Notes under the pieces: generated by a model
The model's database searches: none
Told to the model about the DNA's origin: nothing
Seen by the model: only the letters and a program-made list of their open reading frames with translations
Position numbers and translations under genes: made by a program
Shown: piece after piece, positions 17,608 through 27,849 of the stretch
Numbering within the stretch: position 1 is the first letter of the stretch
Layout: every line of letters begins with the position of its first letter
NCBI GenBank assembly: GCA_042566505.1
Contig: JBHPKP010000003.1
Location: 1-53,887 of the forward strand
Source: a bacterium
GTDB taxonomy: Bacteria > RUG730 > JBDRED01 > JBHPKP01
Direction: 5' to 3'
Length of the DNA: 53,887 nt

Positions 17608-18723
17608 TTATTTTAGAAATTTTAATATTATTGAAGACGCTCTTTTTAATGCACCTTTTGATCCTAAGAGATTTTTAACTTTTAATAAATCGGATTTTAC
17701 CTTCTGGAAATCAGTGTCAGCTAACAACCATTTGTTAACTGAATTTCGAACTTTTTCAATGTTAATGTTTTGTACGAATTCTGGAATAATCTCACTATCA
17801 GCTAAAATATTTGGCATAGCTATATAATTTACTTTTATAATCATTTTTGCGATTAAGTATGAGATTAAAGGTAGTTTATATAAAACTATCATAGGTGTTT
17901 CAAAGATCATTGTTTCGATAGTAACTGTTCCGGAACTTACTAAACAAAAATCCATGAGCTTTCGAAGTTCATAGTCTTTTCCATTAGCAATTCGTACGAC
18001 ATTGGAAAAGGGATAATTTTTAAGAATTCTTTTTATTTTTCTTTTGTCTTTTTCCGAAGAAATAAAAACATATAAAGTAATTTTATCTAAGCCGATATTC
18101 TTGAAAACATCGAGCATAATCGGTAATAATCGTGTTATTTCTTGTTTTCTACTACCCGGTAAAAGCCCTATATAATATCTATTATCTTTTTTTAGTTTTT
18201 GTTTACTGTCAGTTTCAAGAATATCGAGGCTAGGATGTCCGATAAATGTTGTTAAAAGTTTTGAGGCTGCATAAACTTGTTTTTCAAATGGAAAAAATAA
18301 AAGCATTTGATCAACATACTTTTCTAATTTTTTGATACGATTCTTTCGAGATGCCCATACCTGCGGACTAATGTAATAAATTACAGGTATCCCAAATTGT
18401 TTTGCATGTTTTGCTATATGTATGTTGAAACCATAAAAATCGACAAGTATAACCAGATCAGGTTTATTTTTATGGAAAAAAGGAATGATTCGTTTTTTTA
18501 AAAGTTTTTTGAAAAATAAATATTTTTTAATTAATGAGTTAAAACCAAAGCCTTCGGCTTTTATAGTGTTTGATAGGAAGTTTATATCTGTATTATTTAA
18601 ATTTTCACCGCCAATGCCTGTGATTTCTATATCTTTAGAATCATTTTTTAGCTGTTTACACAAACAGCTAGCATGCATATCACCTGATACATCACCACAT
18701 GAAATAAATATTTTTTTCGACAT
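17608..18723 (-). CDS. lpxB: Lipid-A-disaccharide synthase
   Basis: GDVSGDMH, YYISPQVWASR, FPFE, GHP, LLPGSRKQEI, SGTVTIE, MPNILA. Confidence 0.95.
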   Translation of the reverse strand: MSKKIFISCGDVSGDMHASCLCKQLKNDSKDIEITGIGGENLNNTDINFLSNTIKAEGFGFNSLIKKYLFFKKLLKKRIIPFFHKNKPDLVILVDFYGFNIHIAKHAKQFGIPVIYYISPQVWASRKNRIKKLEKYVDQMLLFFPFEKQVYAASKLLTTFIGHPSLDILETDSKQKLKKDNRYYIGLLPGSRKQEITRLLPIMLDVFKNIGLDKITLYVFISSEKDKRKIKRILKNYPFSNVVRIANGKDYELRKLMDFCLVSSGTVTIETMIFETPMIVLYKLPLISYLIAKMIIKVNYIAMPNILADSEIIPEFVQNINIEKVRNSVNKWLLADTDFQKVKSDLLKVKNLLGSKGALKRASSIILKFLK

Positions 18724-18734
18724 AATTAATTCCT

Positions 18735-19130
18735 TTAATAAGTTAAAAAATTGTATACAGTTGAATAGATTTGGGATGCAATCTCAAAGACTTCATTGGC
18801 ATCTTTTTCAGTTGCTAAGGAATCCTTATAATTACCAGGTATGCTATCAGGATATCTGGTTGGAATATAAAACTCATCAAGAATTTTAATTTTATTTTTA
18901 AAGTTCTTTAGTAAATTTTTTGCATGTTTAGACTGGTTAAATAAATCAACAATTTTATGTGTTTTGGGGTATAACTTTTCCTCTGAAATAATTAAAGCTT
19001 TTATGCTTTTTTCAACACATTGTTGAGAGAGAAAACATACCTGTGAATAAAAACTATTTTCTAATCCTAATTTTGCAAATTGTAAATCATCAGATGCTTT
19101 TAAGAGCCATTTTTCATACTGCTTTATCAT
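18735..19130 (-). CDS. HEPN domain protein (MNT-associated)
   Basis: A..DL..A, CFLSQQCVEKSIKA, PKTH, YIPTRYPD. Confidence 0.85.
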   Translation of the reverse strand: MIKQYEKWLLKASDDLQFAKLGLENSFYSQVCFLSQQCVEKSIKALIISEEKLYPKTHKIVDLFNQSKHAKNLLKNFKNKIKILDEFYIPTRYPDSIPGNYKDSLATEKDANEVFEIASQIYSTVYNFLTY

Positions 19131-19455
19131 AAACTATTTTACCTTTTTTAATAATTTCTTCTCTTACAAAGATGTTATTTTTTATTTCTTCTTCAAGTTC
19201 TTTTGGTGTGTATACAAAAAAATCGATTCCTATATCATAGTTGCATAAGTTAATAACATCTTTTATTCTTTCAAAATAGCGCTTACGAGTATTTTTGACT
19301 ATTAATATATCTATATCGCTAGTTTCTGTAATTTTACCAGACACAATTGATCCGAATATGATGATTTTTTCTGGTGAATATTTTTTAATATCTTCAATAA
19401 CAGAATTTAGGGTTTTATTTAATATTTTTTTTCTGTTTGAATTACTTTTTTCCAT
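19114..19455 (-). CDS. Minimal nucleotidyltransferase (MNT)
   Basis: IIIFGS...SDIDILIV...D..VYTPKE...GKIVY; AGGAG RBS before ATG 19455; overlaps the HEPN start. Confidence 0.85.
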   Translation of the reverse strand: MEKSNSNRKKILNKTLNSVIEDIKKYSPEKIIIFGSIVSGKITETSDIDILIVKNTRKRYFERIKDVINLCNYDIGIDFFVYTPKELEEEIKNNIFVREEIIKKGKIVYDKAV

Positions 19456-19477
19456 AAAAATGATCTCCTGTAAAAGA

Positions 19478-20410
19478 TTATAACTTAATTTTGTTAACAA
19501 TCTCAAGCGCAAGTTCTAGTGCATTGCGTCCATGTTGTCCATTAACAATTGGATTTTCCCCTCTTTCAACACATCGAACAAAATCTTTCAGTTCTAATAA
19601 AAGTGGTTCATTCTTTTCAAATCTTGGTTTCAAAAGTTGTATATCTTTCATTGATTCAATTACTTCTTTGCGTTTTTTATAAATTTTGAGCTTCTGTTTT
19701 TCATAGTCAAGCGACATATACGAATCATTCTGAAATATCCTTATCTTTCGAAATTTGGATACGGAGATTCTGCTTGCTGAAATATTTGCAACACATCCAT
19801 TTTCAAATTCTAGTCGGACATTTGCAATATCCTCATATTTGGAAAAGACTTTTGACCCAACGACATCTACTTGTGTGACTCTGGAATCAGTTAAGTACAG
19901 TACAATGTCTAAATCATGTATCATTAAATCAAGAACCACTCCAACTTGCGATACTCTTGGATCGTATGGTCCCAATCTATTTACTTCAATAAACTTCGGA
20001 TTATGCAAAAATCTATGAGCTGCTATAACTGCTGAGTTGAATCGTTCGATATGTCCAATCTGTAGAAGCATATTATTCTTGTGTGCTATATCGACGAGCT
20101 CCTCAGCCTCGTGTAATTCAACGGTTATAGGTTTTTCAATAAAGCAGTGAACTTTATTTTCTAGAAAAAACTTTCCGATTTCATAATGTAATGGTGTTGG
20201 TGCTGCAATATTTACTGCATCAACTTTATCCAAAAGTTCTTTGTAATCTATGAAATACTTAGTATTGTATTTTTCAGCTATATTTTTTGCATGATCTTCA
20301 TCAATATCAACGATCCCTATTAGATCAACATTTTCCATTTGACTATAAATACGTGCATGATGCTGTCCGAGTTTTCCTGTTCCTATTACACCTAATTTTA
20401 ATTTTTTCAT
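19478..20410 (-). CDS. gnnA: Gfo/Idh/MocA oxidoreductase, probable UDP-GlcNAc 3-dehydrogenase GnnA
   Basis: GVIGTGKLG, IEKPI, GHIERFN, DLMIHDLD, ASRIS; lies upstream of lpxB and next to a DegT aminotransferase. Confidence 0.7.
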   Translation of the reverse strand: MKKLKLGVIGTGKLGQHHARIYSQMENVDLIGIVDIDEDHAKNIAEKYNTKYFIDYKELLDKVDAVNIAAPTPLHYEIGKFFLENKVHCFIEKPITVELHEAEELVDIAHKNNMLLQIGHIERFNSAVIAAHRFLHNPKFIEVNRLGPYDPRVSQVGVVLDLMIHDLDIVLYLTDSRVTQVDVVGSKVFSKYEDIANVRLEFENGCVANISASRISVSKFRKIRIFQNDSYMSLDYEKQKLKIYKKRKEVIESMKDIQLLKPRFEKNEPLLLELKDFVRCVERGENPIVNGQHGRNALELALEIVNKIKL

Positions 20411-20412
20411 AA

Positions 20413-21501
20413 TTAAACCTGTTTTATTAGTTTAGCTACTTGTATGATATCAGATTTTGTGAGTTTTGGATGTACCGGAATGCATATAACGCTATTTGAT
20501 ACCTTTTTAGCTATTGAAAGCTCTTTATATCCCATCTTCTTATAAAGGGGCTGAGCAGGTATTGTGAGTGCATATATGGCAGCTGAATCTACGTTATGTT
20601 TCTTTAAGTGCTCAATGATTGAATTCCTACGTTTTGGATTAACCAATATTGCGTATTGGTGAAAAGAATGCTTTGTGTTGCTGGGAACATAAGGAGTAAT
20701 AATATTCTTATTTTCTGCAAAAAGTTTGTTATATAGTTCGGCGTTTTTGATTCTTTTGGTTGTAAATTCTTCGAGTTTTTTTAGCTGAACATTTCCAATA
20801 GAAGCAGCAATATTAGTCATCCGGAAATTGTATCCCAAGACATTATGTTTGAAACGATCAAGTCTGCCATGATTAATAATTTGTCTTAGTTTATTATTTA
20901 AACTAGTGTTGTTTGTTGTGATCATTCCACCTTCACCGGTCATCATATTCTTGGTAGCATAGAAACTGAAACAACCAAGATCACCGATTGATCCTGTATG
21001 CTTGTTTTTATATTGGCTCCCTATTGATTGAGCGCAGTCTTCGATTAGACTCACCTTGTATTTCTTTGCAAGAAATTTAAATGCATCCATATCACAAACT
21101 TGCCCATATAAATGAACAAGAAGAATAGCTTTAATATTTTTTTGTTTTTTGAGAATTGTTTCCACTTTATTTGGATCTAAATCATAAGTTTTTTCATCAA
21201 TATCGCAAAAAACAGGTTTTGCGTTTGTATGAAGTATAACATTGCTTGATGCAATAAATGTAAAAGGTGTTGTGAGGACTTTGTCGCCCGAGGCAATTCC
21301 TTTGGAAATAAGGGCTGCATGCAATGCAGTAGTGCCATTTGAAACTGCAATAGCATGTTTTGTTCCAATATATTTTGCAAAATTTGTTTCGAACTCTGAG
21401 ACATCTTTGCCGGAAGCAAGATAGCCGGAATTCAAAACTTTCATTACAGCATTTTTTTCGTCTTTAGTTATAACCGGATCTGATAATTTTATATGTTTCA
21501 T
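20413..21501 (-). CDS. gnnB: DegT/DnrJ/EryC1/StrS aminotransferase, probable GnnB
   Basis: NGTTALH, FTFIAS, VHLYGQ, IEDCAQ, SFYATKNMMTGEGG, GYNFRM. Confidence 0.65.
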   Translation of the reverse strand: MKHIKLSDPVITKDEKNAVMKVLNSGYLASGKDVSEFETNFAKYIGTKHAIAVSNGTTALHAALISKGIASGDKVLTTPFTFIASSNVILHTNAKPVFCDIDEKTYDLDPNKVETILKKQKNIKAILLVHLYGQVCDMDAFKFLAKKYKVSLIEDCAQSIGSQYKNKHTGSIGDLGCFSFYATKNMMTGEGGMITTNNTSLNNKLRQIINHGRLDRFKHNVLGYNFRMTNIAASIGNVQLKKLEEFTTKRIKNAELYNKLFAENKNIITPYVPSNTKHSFHQYAILVNPKRRNSIIEHLKKHNVDSAAIYALTIPAQPLYKKMGYKELSIAKKVSNSVICIPVHPKLTKSDIIQVAKLIKQV

Positions 21502-21539
21502 AAGTATTAATCTTTCGTTAAAATATTCCTCAATCTAAT

Positions 21540-21592
21540 TCCCCCTCTCCCTGTCATCCTCGAAGCAGCTTGTCGGGGATTGGGAAAGTGGG
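21540..21592. repeat. REP-like GC-rich imperfect hairpin downstream of the tRNA
   Basis: CCCCCTCTCCC...GGGAAAGTGGG outer arms enclosing ATCCTCGA...TCGGGGAT. Confidence 0.35.
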
Positions 21593-21598
21593 CTAAAT

Positions 21599-21671
21599 TC
21601 GGGATGGCCCGACTTGAACGGGCGACCTCTCGCACCCCATGCGAGCGCGCTACCAACTGCGCCACACCCCG
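21599..21671 (-). tRNA. tRNA-Pro (GGG), CCA not encoded
   Basis: CGGGGTG acceptor pairs with CATCCCG; D loop AGTTGGTA; anticodon arm CTCGC-ATGGGGT-GCGAG; T loop GTTCAAGT; discriminator A followed by non-CCA. Confidence 0.95.
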
Positions 21672-21755
21672 GATACTTCGCTTTATGTTCCTTAATATTT
21701 CTCTTTAATACAAGGCGCGCTATTCGCTCCTGCGTCGTTAAAATTTATTAGAGAA

Positions 21756-22772
21756 TCATATTGTTCTGTCCACTGCGATTGCGATTTTTTTAACTTCTTT
21801 CATTAGAGTGTCAAACTGTTTCGGTAATAGTGACTGTGGACCGTCAGAGTATGCTTCTTCGGGCTTTGGATGTACTTCGATCATTAGTCCGTCTGCGCCT
21901 GCTGCTATGCCTGCTCTTGCCATAGGAAGCACATAGTCACGTACACCGGTTCCATGGCTTGCATCGATTATTACCGGCAAATGTGTTTCCCTTTTTAGTA
22001 CAGGCACTGCATTAAGGTCAAGTGTGAATCGTGTTGCAGTTTCAAATGTGCGTATACCGCGTTCACAGAGGATAATGTTATAGTTTCCTTGTGCTGCAAT
22101 ATATTCTGCACTCATTAGAAATTCTTTGATTGTGGTTGCGATCCCGCGTTTTAGAAAAACAGGTTTATCAAGTTTTCCTACAGCTTTAAGCAGGTCAAAA
22201 TTTTGGACATTTCGTGCACCTATTTGAATAATGTCCGCATATTTTGCAACAAGTTTTGCCTGCTCGATTGTCATAGCTTCTGTTATAGTCGGAATATTTA
22301 GTTTTTCACTCACTTCTTTTAAATATTTTAAGCCTTTTAACCCATGTCCTTGAAATGCATAAGGAGAAGTTCTAGGCTTAAATGCACCGCCTCGAAGCAT
22401 TTTTGCACCTGATTTTTTCACAGTTTTACCCGTTGACATCAAAATATCCTTGGTTTCAATTGAGCAAGGACCTGCCATCACAATGATTTTGTTTCCCCCA
22501 ATTGATAAATTCTTTCTAACTTTGATTATTGATGATGTTTTTTTAAATTCACGACTAACAAGTTTATAAGGTTTGGAAATAGGTGTAATGGATTCAACCA
22601 TAAACATTGCTTCAAAAATATCTCGTGCTTGTATTGCATTTCCACCCACAACTCCAATAACAGTTTGTTCTGCGCCTTGCGATATGTGTGGCGCGAATCC
22701 AAGCGCTTTTATCTTATCAAGAACATGTTTTACTCCTTCTTGAGTAGTTCCCTTTTTCAAAGTTAATATCAT
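21756..22772 (-). CDS. aroF: DAHP synthase type I-beta with N-terminal regulatory domain
   Basis: [45 protein letters not shown]. Confidence 0.95.
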   Translation of the reverse strand: MILTLKKGTTQEGVKHVLDKIKALGFAPHISQGAEQTVIGVVGGNAIQARDIFEAMFMVESITPISKPYKLVSREFKKTSSIIKVRKNLSIGGNKIIVMAGPCSIETKDILMSTGKTVKKSGAKMLRGGAFKPRTSPYAFQGHGLKGLKYLKEVSEKLNIPTITEAMTIEQAKLVAKYADIIQIGARNVQNFDLLKAVGKLDKPVFLKRGIATTIKEFLMSAEYIAAQGNYNIILCERGIRTFETATRFTLDLNAVPVLKRETHLPVIIDASHGTGVRDYVLPMARAGIAAGADGLMIEVHPKPEEAYSDGPQSLLPKQFDTLMKEVKKIAIAVDRTI

Positions 22773-23878
22773 TTTGTTTCCTCCAAAACTTTCTTCAATT
22801 TCGAAATAAAGTATCTATTTTCATTTTCTGTGCCGATTGTTACTCGTGCATAATCCGGCAATTCATATTCATCTACAGCACGTATGATTACACCTTCTTT
22901 TAAAAGCTTTTTGAATATTGCTTTACCTTTAAGGCTGCATTTAAACAAGATGAAATTTGCTGCTGACGAAACATACTTTATATTAAGTTTATTGAATTCT
23001 TTATAAAGATATTCTTTTTGTTTTTGAATTTTATTTTTCACACGTGCCAAAGTTTTATTATCTTTCAATGCTTCCACTGCTATTTTTTGAGCTATTAAAT
23101 TCACATTAAACGGTGGTCTTATTCGGTCTATATATGAAATAATTTCTTCATTTGCAATCATATAACCAATTCTCATACCAGCTAAACCATAAAGTTTTGA
23201 AAATGTTCTAAGGATCACAAGATTTGGATATTTTTTTAAATAATTAATAGTCTGTGGATAATCTTTTAAATCAATGTATTCATAGTAAGCTTCATCCATA
23301 ATCAGTAAAACATTTTTTGGAATACTTTTTAAAAGTAACTCGAATTCCTTTTTCGCAATATAAGTCCCTGTTGGATTATTAGGATTTGCAATAAATATCA
23401 TTTTAGTATTTTTATCAATAGAGTTTATGATTTTATTTACATCATAATTTAAATCTTTTGTCATCTTGATTTCTTTAGTTTTTGCGCCCATAAGGTCAGA
23501 GGCCATTTTATATCGAATGAATGAATGCTTTGAGGCTATTATATTATCTTCTTTATTTAAGAATGTTTTACCCAATAGTTCAATAATTTCATCTGATCCA
23601 TTACCAAATAAAAGTAAACTTTGATTAATTTTATTTTTTTTAGCAATTATTTGTCGTAGGTCATAACAACTACTTTCCGGATATCGATATAGGTCATGTA
23701 TTTTTGCAAGTTTTTTGAGCACATTTGACGATGTTCCGTATGAGTTTTCATTTGATGCCAGTTTAACGATTCTTTTAAGACCAAGTTCACGCTTAAGTTC
23801 ATTTATAGGTTTGCCAGGCATGTATGGCTCAAATTGTGAAATTTCTTTGCGCACCAGTTTCTCGAATTTTTTCTTCAT
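22769..23878 (-). CDS. hisC: Histidinol-phosphate / aromatic aminotransferase
   Basis: [40 protein letters not shown]. Confidence 0.92.
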   Translation of the reverse strand: MKKKFEKLVRKEISQFEPYMPGKPINELKRELGLKRIVKLASNENSYGTSSNVLKKLAKIHDLYRYPESSCYDLRQIIAKKNKINQSLLLFGNGSDEIIELLGKTFLNKEDNIIASKHSFIRYKMASDLMGAKTKEIKMTKDLNYDVNKIINSIDKNTKMIFIANPNNPTGTYIAKKEFELLLKSIPKNVLLIMDEAYYEYIDLKDYPQTINYLKKYPNLVILRTFSKLYGLAGMRIGYMIANEEIISYIDRIRPPFNVNLIAQKIAVEALKDNKTLARVKNKIQKQKEYLYKEFNKLNIKYVSSAANFILFKCSLKGKAIFKKLLKEGVIIRAVDEYELPDYARVTIGTENENRYFISKLKKVLEETK

Positions 23879-24357
23879 GAGATTTGCCTCTTGTTCTTTA
23901 TATCTTGTATGACATATTTAGTTGAGTGTGTTTTTTTATCGCCTACAATAGCGATTCGTTTAATGTATTTACCCAAAAGATGTTTTTCAGGTACATTTTC
24001 AGCTGTGTAATCAGTTCCTTTTGCATGAACATCGGGTTTGATTAGTTTTAACAACGTTTCTGCTGTATGTTCGCCAAAGATTGTGATGTAATCAACCATT
24101 TCAAATGATGACAAAATATATGTTCTATCTTTTTCACTAATAACCGGTCTGTTTTTCCCTTTAAGTTTTTGGATAGATTTGTTGCTATTGATACCAAGTA
24201 TAAGCACATCACCTTCAGCTTTTGCACCACGCAGATAACGTATGTGTCCAACGTGAATTACATCAAAACAGCCATTTGCAAATACAATTGTTTTGTCTTG
24301 TTTTTTTATTTTTGCGATTTCTTTTTTTATATGGTCTCTTTTAAGTATCTTTGCCAA
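23875..24357 (-). CDS. rfaE2: D-glycero-beta-D-manno-heptose 1-phosphate adenylyltransferase
   Basis: NGCFDVIHVGH, KG..RP, KGTDY, HST. Confidence 0.85.
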   Translation of the reverse strand: MAKILKRDHIKKEIAKIKKQDKTIVFANGCFDVIHVGHIRYLRGAKAEGDVLILGINSNKSIQKLKGKNRPVISEKDRTYILSSFEMVDYITIFGEHTAETLLKLIKPDVHAKGTDYTAENVPEKHLLGKYIKRIAIVGDKKTHSTKYVIQDIKNKRQIS

Positions 24358-24372
24358 TGTAGCCTCTTTTAG

Positions 24373-25365
24373 TTAGATGGAATTTAGTTTGTCTTTAATT
24401 TCTTCTCGAGTTATACAAGCTGTTCCTAGTTTACCTACAACAATTCCGGCTGCACAGTTTGCAATGTATGCACTTTCAAGTATGTTTGCCTTATTTGCAA
24501 GGCTTAAGGCTAGTGTGCTTATTACAGTGTCACCTGCACCTGTTACATCAAATACTTCTTTTGCAAGTGTTGGTATATGAGTTTTATTTTTCTTTTCAAA
24601 AATTGTCATTCCCTTTTCACCTTGAGTAATTATGAGTGATTCAAGTTCCAATTTTTTCATAATTTGATCGCCTAATTTTTCCACATCTTTTTGGGTGTCA
24701 GCTTTTAAATGATGCATGCCTTGCAAAGCTTCATTAAGATTTGGAGTTATGCATGTAACTTTTTTGTAGTTTTTAAAATGTTCAATCTTTGGGTCCACTA
24801 ATATAGGTTTTTTTAATCTTTTTGCATTTCGAACAAGAGCATTTAATAATTTTTTTGATATAACACCTTTTCCATAGTCAGAAATAACTACAAGCGACAC
24901 AGAAGGCAATATGTTTTTAATTGAATTTATTAATTTGTCAGTATGAGAAGAGTGTATAGGCATATTAACTTCTTTATCAACGCGAACAACTTGCTGGTGA
25001 TCCGCAATTATTCGGGTTTTAATGATTGTTGGACGTTCTGAAACTTTTAATATACCTTCAGTCTTGATAGTATGTCCATTCATATCACTTAAAAATGTTT
25101 TCCCTGTCTCATCATTGCCAATGATTCCTACGATATAACAGGTACCGCCTAGCTCGGAAATATTACTAACAACATTGCCTGCTCCACCGGGCATATGAGT
25201 TTCTTTTGTGATCTCAACAACAGGAACAGGTGCTTCGGGTGATATGCGTTTCACTTTGCCCCATATGAATTTATCGAGCATAATATCACCAATAACTAGA
25301 ATATTTGTATTTGGAAATTTATCTACAATTTTAAGTAGTTTAGATTTTTGCAAAACAGCCTCCAA
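24373..25365 (-). CDS. rfaE1: D-glycero-beta-D-manno-heptose-7-phosphate kinase
   Basis: GDIMLD, RISPEAPVPVV, SDYGKG, DVTGAGDTV; TTG start. Confidence 0.92.
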   Translation of the reverse strand: MEAVLQKSKLLKIVDKFPNTNILVIGDIMLDKFIWGKVKRISPEAPVPVVEITKETHMPGGAGNVVSNISELGGTCYIVGIIGNDETGKTFLSDMNGHTIKTEGILKVSERPTIIKTRIIADHQQVVRVDKEVNMPIHSSHTDKLINSIKNILPSVSLVVISDYGKGVISKKLLNALVRNAKRLKKPILVDPKIEHFKNYKKVTCITPNLNEALQGMHHLKADTQKDVEKLGDQIMKKLELESLIITQGEKGMTIFEKKNKTHIPTLAKEVFDVTGAGDTVISTLALSLANKANILESAYIANCAAGIVVGKLGTACITREEIKDKLNSI

Positions 25366-25367
25366 AA

Positions 25368-25952
25368 CTATATAAATTTAAATTTTAGGAAAATTATTAT
25401 AATAATAAACAATAATCCCAGTAAAGCTCTATACTCCCTATTCCGCATGAATACTTTTTTATCAAATTTTACTTCTTCATTGTCTTTTGAAGAATATGGA
25501 AAAAGTCTAGGCAATAGCATTGGTACATGATTTTTATATTGCTTATAAAGGTCAGAATATTTTTCAATAAGTACTGATTCTTCTCTGCGAAGAACAGGTA
25601 TATATACTGATAAAAATAATAATAAAAAACTTATCATGAAAATTGTACTTGATGTTAAATACTGTATGGAAAAAATACTAACACATAAGCCCAGTCCCAT
25701 TAGAAAACTACCAAAGTACAGAGGATGTCTGACAAATGAATATGGACCGTTTGTTGTTAGGCGGTCAGTTTTTATTAGATAACCCGACGATAACAGCCTA
25801 ATGAATTCACCAAACAGTGCTATGGTAAGTCCTATATAGATAAATTTAATTGAAGTTGGCTTCGAGAACACAAGAAACATAAAGCCATAAATAAAACCAA
25901 ATGTAACTCTGTATTTATATAAGAATGTAACGAGATTTTTTTTTGTGCTCAT
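25368..25952 (-). CDS. Isoprenylcysteine carboxylmethyltransferase-family membrane protein
   Basis: LTTNGPYSFVRHPLYFG, REESVL...Y..Y...VP; hydrophobic segments. Confidence 0.85.
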   Translation of the reverse strand: MSTKKNLVTFLYKYRVTFGFIYGFMFLVFSKPTSIKFIYIGLTIALFGEFIRLLSSGYLIKTDRLTTNGPYSFVRHPLYFGSFLMGLGLCVSIFSIQYLTSSTIFMISFLLLFLSVYIPVLRREESVLIEKYSDLYKQYKNHVPMLLPRLFPYSSKDNEEVKFDKKVFMRNREYRALLGLLFIIIIIFLKFKFI

Positions 25953-25973
25953 GATTTTATATCCTTTTTTATT

Positions 25974-27038
25974 TTATTTTGCAGATGGGTATGAACCTAG
26001 TATTTTTAAGAATAAGCATTTGTGTTCTAGTTCTTTTAATGCTTTTTGGATTTTTGGATCGTCCATACTACCGAGAAAATCTACGAAAAATACATATTCC
26101 CATGCACGTTTTTTTGTTGGGCGGGATTCTATTTTTGTTAGATTTATATTTTCCTTTCTAAATGGTGAAAGCATTTCATACAAAGCGCCTGTTTTGTCTT
26201 TTATCGAGAACAAAATTGAGGTTTTACAATTTTTGGCTTTTATTAGAGCATGATTTGTAATTATTAAAAATCTTGTGACATTGTTTTGCATGTCTTCAAT
26301 ATTTTGTGCAAGTACATTGAATCCATAGAGTTTTGCAGCTTCTTTGGAAGCAATTGCAGCAGTAGTTATGTCTTTTTCAATTTCGTTAACTGCATGCAGG
26401 TTCGAATCTACTTCTAAAATTTTTGCCTTAGGCAGGTTGCTTTCAATCCACTTCCTACACTGTCCATGTGTTTGAGGATGTGTATAGATTTTTTTTATTT
26501 GTGATATATCATATGCTTTTGAGATTAGGTTATGATGGATTTCCATAAGCATTTCAGAGTATATTTTTGCGTTTGAGTCCATAAACACATCTAAAGTGTA
26601 ATTTACCATGCCTTCAGTCGAGTTTTCAATTGGTACAACACCGAATTCCGCATTGTTTTTATCGATTTCATTAAATACGTCCTGTATTGTTTGACACGGA
26701 TAATAGTCAAATCCTTTTCCGAATGTTTGAATAGCAGCGATATTTGTATATGTAGCTTCAGGTCCAAGATATGCAATTTTAATTTTCTTCTGCATAGCAA
26801 TGCATGTACTAAAAATTTCCTTAAAAATAGATTTTATGAAATCATCTGTTAATGGACCCTTGTTTTTTTTAGTAAGTGCTTCAATAATTTGATTTTCTCG
26901 TGCGGGATCATAAATATTATTGTTGCTTTTTGACTTAATTTCCCCAATTTTTTTTGCAAGTTTTGCGCGAACATTTAAATCTTTCAAGATTTTTTGATCT
27001 ATCTTATCGATTTCTTTTCTAACATCAGTAATATTCAT
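25974..27038 (-). CDS. pheA: Chorismate mutase / prephenate dehydratase
   Basis: N-terminal CM (R..ID.ID, DPARE), YLGPEAT, PIENSTEG, N.TRF, ACT domain IESRP. Confidence 0.95.
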   Translation of the reverse strand: MNITDVRKEIDKIDQKILKDLNVRAKLAKKIGEIKSKSNNNIYDPARENQIIEALTKKNKGPLTDDFIKSIFKEIFSTCIAMQKKIKIAYLGPEATYTNIAAIQTFGKGFDYYPCQTIQDVFNEIDKNNAEFGVVPIENSTEGMVNYTLDVFMDSNAKIYSEMLMEIHHNLISKAYDISQIKKIYTHPQTHGQCRKWIESNLPKAKILEVDSNLHAVNEIEKDITTAAIASKEAAKLYGFNVLAQNIEDMQNNVTRFLIITNHALIKAKNCKTSILFSIKDKTGALYEMLSPFRKENINLTKIESRPTKKRAWEYVFFVDFLGSMDDPKIQKALKELEHKCLFLKILGSYPSAK

Positions 27039-27059
27039 ATAAAATCCTCCAACTAATAA

Positions 27060-27839
27060 TTATTGGATATTGTTATCCTTAGGAACTTCTTCTTCGGACA
27101 CTTGAGTATTGAGTTCTGAGTCATCTTGTTCATCAATTGAATCAAAGGCATCTTGAAGTTCATGTTCTAGAGACTTTTCATCATTTTCTTCTGCTTCATT
27201 ATCTAACAATTCATTCTCTATTGAAGTTTCATCACTATCTTCATTTTCGATATTTTTTGCAATTTCAGCCTGGACTGGTTCTTTGTTTTCTTTTAAAAGT
27301 TGTTCTATTTCTTCAGTAAGTGGTAATTCTTCCAAAGAATTTAGTCCGAAATACTTTAAAAATTCAGTTGTTGTTGAGTATTCGAGTGGAGTGCGTACAC
27401 CTTCTCTGCGACCGGATATTTTTATTAGTTTCCTTGTTAATAATGTGTTCAGTACACCAGATGAATCAACTCCTCGTATAGTGTCGACCTCTACTTTGGT
27501 TATAGGTTGCTTATAAGCGATTATAGAAACCGTTTCTAGAGCAGGTATACTTAAACGTATAGTAAATTTTGCTTTATAGAGTTTTTTTACCCACTTCGAA
27601 AATTCTCGTTTAGTAACAAACTGATAACCGCCGGCTACTTTTAAAAGCTGCCAGACGTATTCAGCTTGTGAATATTTTGCATCAAGTATACTCAACAATT
27701 CTTCGACACTTTCTTTTATGAGTTTGTTTTCTTCAGTTAGATCAGTGTTTATAAGCTCTGTAATTTTTTCCACTGATAAAGGTTTGATTGATACAAAAAG
27801 TAATGATTCAATAATTCTCAAAATTTTTTCTCTATCCAT
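27060..27839 (-). CDS. scpB: SMC-Scp complex subunit ScpB with acidic tail
   Basis: IESLLF, VAGGYQ, ALETVSIIAYKQPIT, IRGV, FL.YFGL. Confidence 0.93.
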   Translation of the reverse strand: MDREKILRIIESLLFVSIKPLSVEKITELINTDLTEENKLIKESVEELLSILDAKYSQAEYVWQLLKVAGGYQFVTKREFSKWVKKLYKAKFTIRLSIPALETVSIIAYKQPITKVEVDTIRGVDSSGVLNTLLTRKLIKISGRREGVRTPLEYSTTTEFLKYFGLNSLEELPLTEEIEQLLKENKEPVQAEIAKNIENEDSDETSIENELLDNEAEENDEKSLEHELQDAFDSIDEQDDSELNTQVSEEEVPKDNNIQ

Positions 27840-27849
27840 TTTATTGCTC

